Shown here: positions 52,059 to 57,877 of the stretch, one piece after another
How positions within the stretch are numbered: the first letter of the stretch is position 1
How the letters are laid out: every line of letters starts with the position of its first letter
DNA from: Minisyncoccia bacterium
GTDB lineage: Bacteria > Patescibacteriota > Minisyncoccia > Phycocordibacterales > DATGWK01
Reading direction: 5' to 3'
DNA: 57,877 nt
Assembly (NCBI GenBank): GCA_038259265.1
Contig: JBBSOY010000002.1
Span: forward strand, 1 to 57,877
The notes under the pieces: model-generated
What the model was told of the DNA's origin: nothing
What the model saw: the letters and a program-made list of their open reading frames with translations, nothing else
The model's database searches: none
Made by a program: the position numbers and the translations under genes

Positions 52059-53138
52059 ATGGAAGGCCCCTTTACGCATTCTAAAATCTCAATCGGCACT
52101 GGGACGATTATTAAAGTTGTGCTCGTACTCCTTTTTGTTTGGCTGGCTTTTTTCCTTCGAGACGTGGTTATGGTGGTCATTACGTCGGTTGTTATTGCCT
52201 CGGCCATCGAGCCGATTACCAAATGGTTTATGGAGCGAAGGCTGCCTCGTACTGTTGCGGTTTTAACAATCTACGCTGCCGCCGTTGCTCTTTTTGCGGG
52301 CTCCTTTTATTTCCTCATTATTCCGCTGTTTGGAGATTTTCAGGCATTCATGTCGGCTTTGCCAGAATACACGGGTTCGCTCACGACGGTGCCTATAGTC
52401 CAAAATGCCAGTAGCGGTCTTGGTACGTCTGTCACAGGTATCATCAGCAACCTGCCTATTTCCGAATTTGTGCTCAAGATCAATAATTCCATTTCAGCGC
52501 TTTCTCAAAATGCCTTCACGACCGCGAGCGTGGTGTTGGGCGGCGTTTTGAATTTCGCACTTATCCTCGTATTGTCTTTTTATCTTTCTGTACAGGCCGG
52601 CGGCGTCAGCAACTTTTTAAAAATAATTAGCCCTTCGACCCATCGAAAATATATTGTCGGCCTCTGGGCGCGTTCGGAGCAAAAGATCGGTCTCTGGCTT
52701 CAGGGGCAATTGCTGCTTGGTATTATTGTTGGAATAATCACGTACCTCGGTTTGGTTTTGATGGGCGTTAAACATGCGCTCATTCTCGCATTCATTGCCG
52801 GGGTTTTCGAACTCATTCCGCTGTTTGGCCCAATCCTTGCTTCGATCCCAGCTATCATTTTCTCTTTTGTGAGCGGCGGCTTTACAGCTTCTTTTTTGGT
52901 GGCAGCGTTTTACCTCATTGTGCAGCAGTTTGAAAGCCAGCTCATTTATCCGCTTGTTGTCAAAAAGGTCATTGGTGTGCCGCCGATCATTTCAATCTTG
53001 GCTTTGGTCATTGGCGCTAAACTCGCCGGCTTTTTGGGTTTGCTCGTAGCGGTGCCGATCGTCACAATTCTTATGGAATTTTTCCATGATGTTGAACGCG
53101 AGCGCATTGCCGAAGAGGATTCTGAAAAGATTGCCTAA
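52059..53138 (+). CDS. AI-2E family transporter (PerM-like)
   Basis: 359 aa with about 8 TM helices and the typical ...FELIPLFGPILASIPA... segment. Confidence 0.7.
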   Translation: MEGPFTHSKISIGTGTIIKVVLVLLFVWLAFFLRDVVMVVITSVVIASAIEPITKWFMERRLPRTVAVLTIYAAAVALFAGSFYFLIIPLFGDFQAFMSALPEYTGSLTTVPIVQNASSGLGTSVTGIISNLPISEFVLKINNSISALSQNAFTTASVVLGGVLNFALILVLSFYLSVQAGGVSNFLKIISPSTHRKYIVGLWARSEQKIGLWLQGQLLLGIIVGIITYLGLVLMGVKHALILAFIAGVFELIPLFGPILASIPAIIFSFVSGGFTASFLVAAFYLIVQQFESQLIYPLVVKKVIGVPPIISILALVIGAKLAGFLGLLVAVPIVTILMEFFHDVERERIAEEDSEKIA

Positions 53139-53178
53139 ATAATGATGCCCGCGTAAACTTAACGCGTAATAAACGCAC

Positions 53179-54675
53179 TTGAAACCTTTCTACATCACGA
53201 CAACTTTACCGTACGTTAATTCCGACCCACATGTAGGTTTCGGTATGGAAATAATTCGGGCAGACATTGTTGCTCGATACAAGAAACGTTCCGGTTTCGA
53301 AGTTTTTTTCAATACAGGGACAGACGAACACGGCATAAAAATTTATCGAAAAGCTGTCGAAAACACAAAAACTCCGCAGAAATATGTCGACGAATACGCG
53401 GCAAAATTTAAAAACTTGCTTCCTGTACTTGGGGTAGGAATAGGCGAGGGGGCTGTGCCCGTTCATTTCATCCGCACGACCGATGCACAGCATGTCGCAG
53501 CGGCGCAGGAGTTTTGGCGCCGCTGCGACACAGCCGGCGACATTTACAAGAAAAATTATAAGGTCAAATATTGCGTCGGCTGTGAGCTCGAAAAAACCGA
53601 GTCCGAACTGGTCGACGGCCGTTGCCCGATCCACCCGAGCCAAGAGCTTGAAAGTATCGAAGAAGAAAATTATTTTTTTGCTTTTTCAAAATACCAACAA
53701 CGCTTGCTCGATCTATACGCTGCCACTCCAGATTTTGTAGTACCAGCGTCACGTCTTGGTGAAATCAAAGCGTTTGTCGAACGCGGACTCGAGGACTTTA
53801 GTATCTCGCGTCTTGCTTCCAAAATGCCTTGGGGTGTGCCAGTTCCTGGCGACGAAAAACAGGTCATGTATGTGTGGTTCGATGCGCTCGTGAGTTATAT
53901 TTCGACTCTTGGCTGGCCTACGGTTGCTGGCGATTTTGAAAAATTCTGGGTCGAGTCTGGCGGCGTCGTGCAGTATTGTGGCAAGGACAATCTTCGTCAG
54001 CAGTCGGCGATGTGGCAAGGCATGCTTATGTCGGCAGGGCAGCATTCGCCAGAACTTATTGCCTCGCGACAGATCATCATCAACGGTTTCATTACGTCGG
54101 GTGGTAAAAAAATGTCGAAAAGCGAAGGCAATGTCATTGATCCCATCACCGTTGTGAACGAATATGGCGCCGAAGCCTTTCGGTATTACGTCGCGCGTGA
54201 ACTTCATCCGTTCGAAGACAGCGATTTCACCATGGAAAAATTCAAGAACGCCTACAATTCACATCTGGCAAACGGCCTCGGCAACCTCGTGAGCCGCATC
54301 ATGAAAATGTCTTCAACGAATCTCTCTCATGATACATCTAATTCATCCATCAGCACCTCTTTGTTTGAAATGTCTGAAATGCAATTTCCAGTCGAATACA
54401 GAAAAGCGCTCGATTCGTACGACATCCAGGCCGCGGCAAACATTGTGTGGTCCCACGTTGGCGCGCTCGATGCGACGATTCAGGAAACTGCCCCTTTTAA
54501 ACTCGTAAAAACCGACAAAGCCGCCGGACTAAAAATTATCGAAGATTTAGTTGTGCGACTTTTTGCGATTGCCCATATGCTTCAGCCGATCATGCCCGAA
54601 ACTGCTGCAAAAATAATTGCATTGATACAGGCAAACGCCGCTCCCGAGGCGCCTCTTTTTCAAAGAAAAGACTAA
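53179..54675 (+). CDS. metG: methionine--tRNA ligase
   Basis: TTTLPYVNSDPHVGF (HIGH-type), Zn knuckle CVGCE...CPIH, and KMSKS. TTG start per the ORF track. Confidence 0.9.
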   Translation: MKPFYITTTLPYVNSDPHVGFGMEIIRADIVARYKKRSGFEVFFNTGTDEHGIKIYRKAVENTKTPQKYVDEYAAKFKNLLPVLGVGIGEGAVPVHFIRTTDAQHVAAAQEFWRRCDTAGDIYKKNYKVKYCVGCELEKTESELVDGRCPIHPSQELESIEEENYFFAFSKYQQRLLDLYAATPDFVVPASRLGEIKAFVERGLEDFSISRLASKMPWGVPVPGDEKQVMYVWFDALVSYISTLGWPTVAGDFEKFWVESGGVVQYCGKDNLRQQSAMWQGMLMSAGQHSPELIASRQIIINGFITSGGKKMSKSEGNVIDPITVVNEYGAEAFRYYVARELHPFEDSDFTMEKFKNAYNSHLANGLGNLVSRIMKMSSTNLSHDTSNSSISTSLFEMSEMQFPVEYRKALDSYDIQAAANIVWSHVGALDATIQETAPFKLVKTDKAAGLKIIEDLVVRLFAIAHMLQPIMPETAAKIIALIQANAAPEAPLFQRKD

Positions 54676-54694
54676 CTCAACCACTCGCAACTTC

Positions 54695-55522
54695 ATGTCT
54701 GAATACGAATACATCGACATTCATTCGCATCTCAATTTTGAACAATTCGACACCGATCGGGAGGCGATTATCGCGCGCTTGAAAGAAGAAAATATTGCCA
54801 CGATCACTGTCGGCACCACAGTCGCTGATTCAAAAAAATCCATTGAGCTTGCGGAAAAACACGATCATCTTTTTGCGACAGTCGGCATTCATCCAACACA
54901 CGACTGGAACGATATTGAATTTGCAGAGTTAAACCAGCTCGCCGCTCACCCAAAAGTTGTGGCGATCGGGGAGTGCGGTCTCGATTTTTTTAGGCTTCCA
55001 AAAGAAGCAACGGCGCAGTCTGATCCTGAATTACTTCAGCAAATCAAATTCAATCAAGGTCAGGCGTTTGCTCGACATATCGAAATCGCACTCACGCACA
55101 ACAAGCCGCTTATGGTTCATTGTCGCGCCGCATACGAAGAGGCGATCACTATTTTGAATGCGTTCAGAACCGATCACGCTTTGGGCGACCGTTTGCGGGG
55201 CAACATGCATTTTTTTGCTGGCAGTCCTGAAATCGCTAAAAAATATCTTGCTCTCGGCTTCACGCTTTCGTTCGATGGGCCGATTACGTTTGCCCGAGAC
55301 TACGACGAAGTCATTAAAAACACGCCCCTTAGCTCTCTCATGTCTGAAACCGATGCGCCTTTTGCGGCGCCGGTGCCGTTTCGAGGCAAGCGAAATGAGC
55401 CAGGATACGTGAAAGAGGTTGTTCGGTCGATCGCTGCTATTCGTGGCGAGGACCTTGAAACCGTTAAAACAAGCCTCGTTTCTACGGCAATGCGATTTTT
55501 TGCCCTAAAACCCAAGGTTTAA
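54695..55522 (+). CDS. tatD: TatD family metal-dependent hydrolase
   Basis: IDIHSHL...AIGECGLDF...MVHCR...SETDAPF are TatD motifs. Confidence 0.85.
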   Translation: MSEYEYIDIHSHLNFEQFDTDREAIIARLKEENIATITVGTTVADSKKSIELAEKHDHLFATVGIHPTHDWNDIEFAELNQLAAHPKVVAIGECGLDFFRLPKEATAQSDPELLQQIKFNQGQAFARHIEIALTHNKPLMVHCRAAYEEAITILNAFRTDHALGDRLRGNMHFFAGSPEIAKKYLALGFTLSFDGPITFARDYDEVIKNTPLSSLMSETDAPFAAPVPFRGKRNEPGYVKEVVRSIAAIRGEDLETVKTSLVSTAMRFFALKPKV

Positions 55523-55698
55523 GCCGGATATTGCAAAGGGATGGGGGGTATGGTAGTCTGTCAAAACCTAAGGAAACGGCTGCTTGAAACCGCCTTGGCG
55601 AATCTTAAGCCTTTCTTAATTATTTTTTTAACACTAAACTGTACGCTATAGCAGATGTTCGTATGAAAACCACAGAACACAAAGAAACAGGTGAAAAA

Positions 55699-56148
55699 AT
55701 GGATATCTACGAGATGTCGTATTTAATCCTGCCAACCGTGCCGGAAAACAGCGTGACCGAAGAAGTAACCGCTATTCGTGGTTTGCTCGATGCCGCTGGC
55801 GCTTCAGTTATTTCTGAAGATTTTCCAAAGCTTCGTGACTTGGCCTATACGATGGAAAAATCTATCGAAACCAAGAATCAGAAATACAAAGAAGCCTATT
55901 TCGGCTGGATCAAGTTTGAATTGCCTGTGGCTCAGATTGCGGACATCAAAACTGGAATCGAAAAAAGAGCGAATGTGCTTCGTCATTTGATCATCAAAAC
56001 TGTCCGCGAAAACACCATGTACCGAGCACCCGAAGAAGAAGAGGAAAAAACCGAAGGTGCAGAAGCCTCTGCGCCAGAAGCAGTTCCTGCGGAAGGTGAG
56101 GTAAAAAAGGGAATCGACAGCAGTATTGATGCGCTTGTGGCAAACTAG
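55699..56148 (+). CDS. rpsF: 30S ribosomal protein S6
   Basis: The start MDIYEMSYLILP... and the position in the rpsF-ssb-rpsR arrangement support the call. It has an acidic C-terminal tail. The ORF is open from 55663. Confidence 0.8.
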   Translation: MDIYEMSYLILPTVPENSVTEEVTAIRGLLDAAGASVISEDFPKLRDLAYTMEKSIETKNQKYKEAYFGWIKFELPVAQIADIKTGIEKRANVLRHLIIKTVRENTMYRAPEEEEEKTEGAEASAPEAVPAEGEVKKGIDSSIDALVAN

Positions 56149-56202
56149 GCGTTATCAGCTCGGGGAAAGGACACTGTTTCAAATAAACCACAATAATAAA
56201 TT

Positions 56203-56703
56203 ATGTACCTCAATAAAGCATTTGTTATAGGAAATTTGACACGAGATCCAGAATTGAAATCACTCCCTTCAGGTATTCAGGTATCAAGCTTCAGTGTCGC
56301 CACTAACCGCACCTGGACCGACAAAAACGGTGCCAAACAAGAAAATGCCGACTTCCACAACATCGTGGTTTTCGGCAAGCAGGCGGAAAACGTCGGCAAA
56401 TACCTTAAAAAAGGCAGCTCGGTGCTTGTCGAAGGTCGCATGCAGACCCGTTCTTGGGATGCCGCTAACGGCGAGAAAAAGTACCGCACCGAAATCATTG
56501 CCGACCGAGTCCAGTTTGGACCTCGAAAAGACGGTGCTGGTGGGGCTTCAGCGGGTGCTGGCTCAGCTGGCGGCTCCACGAGTGGTGGCGGCAGCTATGC
56601 TGGCAAAGGTGCCAAGCCTGCCGGAAAAATTGACAACGTGGAGTCAATTGATACCATTGAGTACCCATCGGAGGACATTAACCCAGAAGACATACCATTT
56701 TAA
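56203..56703 (+). CDS. ssb: single-stranded DNA-binding protein
   Basis: MYLNKAFVIGNLTRDPEL...TNRTW... forms the OB fold. A Gly-rich linker is followed by the acidic tip DIPF. Confidence 0.9.
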   Translation: MYLNKAFVIGNLTRDPELKSLPSGIQVSSFSVATNRTWTDKNGAKQENADFHNIVVFGKQAENVGKYLKKGSSVLVEGRMQTRSWDAANGEKKYRTEIIADRVQFGPRKDGAGGASAGAGSAGGSTSGGGSYAGKGAKPAGKIDNVESIDTIEYPSEDINPEDIPF

Positions 56704-56722
56704 AGAAATCTAACAATAATCT

Positions 56723-56923
56723 ATGAAGCAGTGTTTTTTCACCCAAAATAATATCAAATACGTCGACTATAAGGATGTCGATATTTTGAAGAAATTCCTC
56801 AACCCTCACGGACGCGTTTTGTCTCGCAAGAAGACCGGAGTAAGCTCAAAACATCAGCGCCAGTTGGCTCTCGCCATCAAACGAGCTCGTTTCATTGGCC
56901 TCTTGCCATTCGTCTCGAGATAA
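56723..56923 (+). CDS. rpsR: 30S ribosomal protein S18
   Basis: YVDYKDVDILKKFL...GRVLSRKKTGVSSKHQRQLALAIKRARFIGLLPF. Confidence 0.9.
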   Translation: MKQCFFTQNNIKYVDYKDVDILKKFLNPHGRVLSRKKTGVSSKHQRQLALAIKRARFIGLLPFVSR

Positions 56924-56952
56924 ATTCTCAAAAATCAATTCGATTCCAAAAC

Positions 56953-56985
56953 AAAAAACTCCCACCAGACGGCGGGAGTTTTTTG
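56953..56985. terminator. bidirectional intrinsic terminator between rpsR and efp
   Basis: AAAAAACTCCCACC-agac-GGCGGGAGTTTTTT. Confidence 0.7.
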
Positions 56986-57010
56986 TTGCCCGTCTTCTTG
57001 ATTTCCAAGG

Positions 57011-57574
57011 CTACGAGAGTCGATCCGTATATTCGCCCGTATCAGTATTGATTCGCAAAATGTCGCCTTCTTTGACGAACATTGGGACGTTGATTGTGGC
57101 ACCGGTTTCGACGGTGACGAGCTTGTTTCCGCCCTTTTGGGTGTCGCCTTTGACCGCAGGATGCGCCTCGGTGACCTTGAGCTCAACTTTGATCGGCATT
57201 TTGATGCCGATAATCTGATCGTCGAACTCGAGTGCTGACACGACAGAGTTTTGCTTCAAAAACTTCATGCCCGGGCCGAGAACCTGTTCTTTAAGCGTAA
57301 AGCGCTTGCTTGGGTCGCTCTCTTCACAGAACCAAAATTCACCCTTGTTCTGGTACAAATATTTAATATCGCGAGAAGTCATGTCCGCTTCCTCAACTTT
57401 TTCAGAAACGTGGAAAGAGACTTCCTTGATGCCACCGGTAATGAGGTTTCGCATTTTTACGGCGTTTACTGGTTTTCGCTGCTGCTTTCGAAACACGTGC
57501 GAGGTCAGAACTTCGAACGGTTCGCCTTCGTACACAATGAATTTCTTTTCGGTGATTTCGTTATATTCCAACAT
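57011..57574 (-). CDS. efp: elongation factor P
   Basis: MLEYNEITEKKFIVYEGEPFEV...KPVNAVKMRNLITGG...VETGATINVPMFV. The start is at ATG 57574 (187 aa); the upstream ORF extension is unlikely to be translated. Confidence 0.9.
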   Translation of the reverse strand: MLEYNEITEKKFIVYEGEPFEVLTSHVFRKQQRKPVNAVKMRNLITGGIKEVSFHVSEKVEEADMTSRDIKYLYQNKGEFWFCEESDPSKRFTLKEQVLGPGMKFLKQNSVVSALEFDDQIIGIKMPIKVELKVTEAHPAVKGDTQKGGNKLVTVETGATINVPMFVKEGDILRINTDTGEYTDRLS

Positions 57575-57768
57575 AGTTTTGAGAGTATAAAGGAATATTG
57601 AGCTTCCGACAAGCCATAAAAGCAGAACCTGCTCTTCGAAATGAGCGCGATAAATCCTGCTGGATTTATCGCTACTCTCGGCGCCACGCGCCTGCGGAAA
57701 CGCATTTCTCAAAGCATCTTCTGCTTTTATGTTTTGTTATCTTCAAACCTTAAATCTCAAATTTTGTT

Positions 57769-57877
57769 TTATTCATCACTTGCCGAACCCTCGCTTTCAC
57801 CATCGTCTTCGGCGGCCTCTTTTGAAGGTTTCGCATCGTCGGCCATTTTTTTCATGATTTCTTTTAAAATTTCGTTG
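57769..57877 (-). CDS. 3' end of a gene whose start lies outside the window (acidic C-terminus ...NEILKEIMKKMADDAKPSKEAAEDDGESEGSASDE)
   Basis: The frame is open to the window edge on the minus strand, with a TAA stop at 57769-57771. Identity was not determined; it could be a chaperone tail. Confidence 0.3.
   Translation of the reverse strand, partial: NEILKEIMKKMADDAKPSKEAAEDDGESEGSASDE

Noticed and set aside
55523-55698. A structured-looking 5' region upstream of rpsF that might be an S6:S18 autoregulatory leader.
   Set aside because: I could not fold it into the known motif by eye. The only support is its position upstream of rpsF.
1-57877. Search for tRNA, rRNA, tmRNA, RNase P, CRISPR repeats, IS elements, integrases and long exact repeats.
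   Set aside because: No T-loop/acceptor-like consensus, regularly spaced direct repeats, transposase or integrase motifs, or long identical repeats were seen. The only duplicated DNA is the diverged cassette pair. A covariance-model scan would be needed to exclude small ncRNAs.

Overview
This 57.9-kb window is densely packed, with about 60 protein genes. I recognised no rRNA, tRNA, CRISPR array, transposase or integrase. All domain calls are motif recognition by eye; no database search was possible.

The content reads like a small-genome, host-dependent bacterium of the CPR/Patescibacteria (Parcubacteria-like) kind.
- The right half is mostly housekeeping: secE-nusG-rplK, rpsF-ssb-rpsR, efp, argS, ileS, glyQS, metG, recO and tatD, plus a contiguous dCTP-to-dTTP module (dcd-like, long thyX-like, glyA, tmk, dut).
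- The left ~31 kb is mostly envelope and surface genes. These include a trypsin-like protease, a metal-binding pair, a type IV pilin, two membrane-anchored cohesin proteins next to a dockerin protein, a beta-helix/PG-binding giant, tatC-tatA and a DipZ-like reductase.

The observations most worth a second look:
1. Two diverged paralogous, visibly GC-rich cassettes lie at 33.7-34.6 kb and 41.5-42.3 kb. Each has its own promoter, a conserved leader, a strong SD and a terminator. In each, the coding signal jumps to the +1 frame, at a different site in each copy, yet the upstream ORFs are nearly the same length (139 and 134 aa).
2. ileS carries a ~200-aa histidine-phosphatase (PGAM-type RHG...SHG) domain inserted between its zinc-knuckle region and the HRPY segment.
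3. A dockerin protein sits directly beside two cohesin membrane anchors, forming a possible cell-surface docking module.
4. Four unrecognised genes are packed tightly in front of tatC-tatA. One of them has a KR-type Tat-like signal.
5. At 13 gene starts a -10-like hexamer sits 6-8 nt upstream of the start codon with no SD, suggesting mostly leaderless mRNAs.
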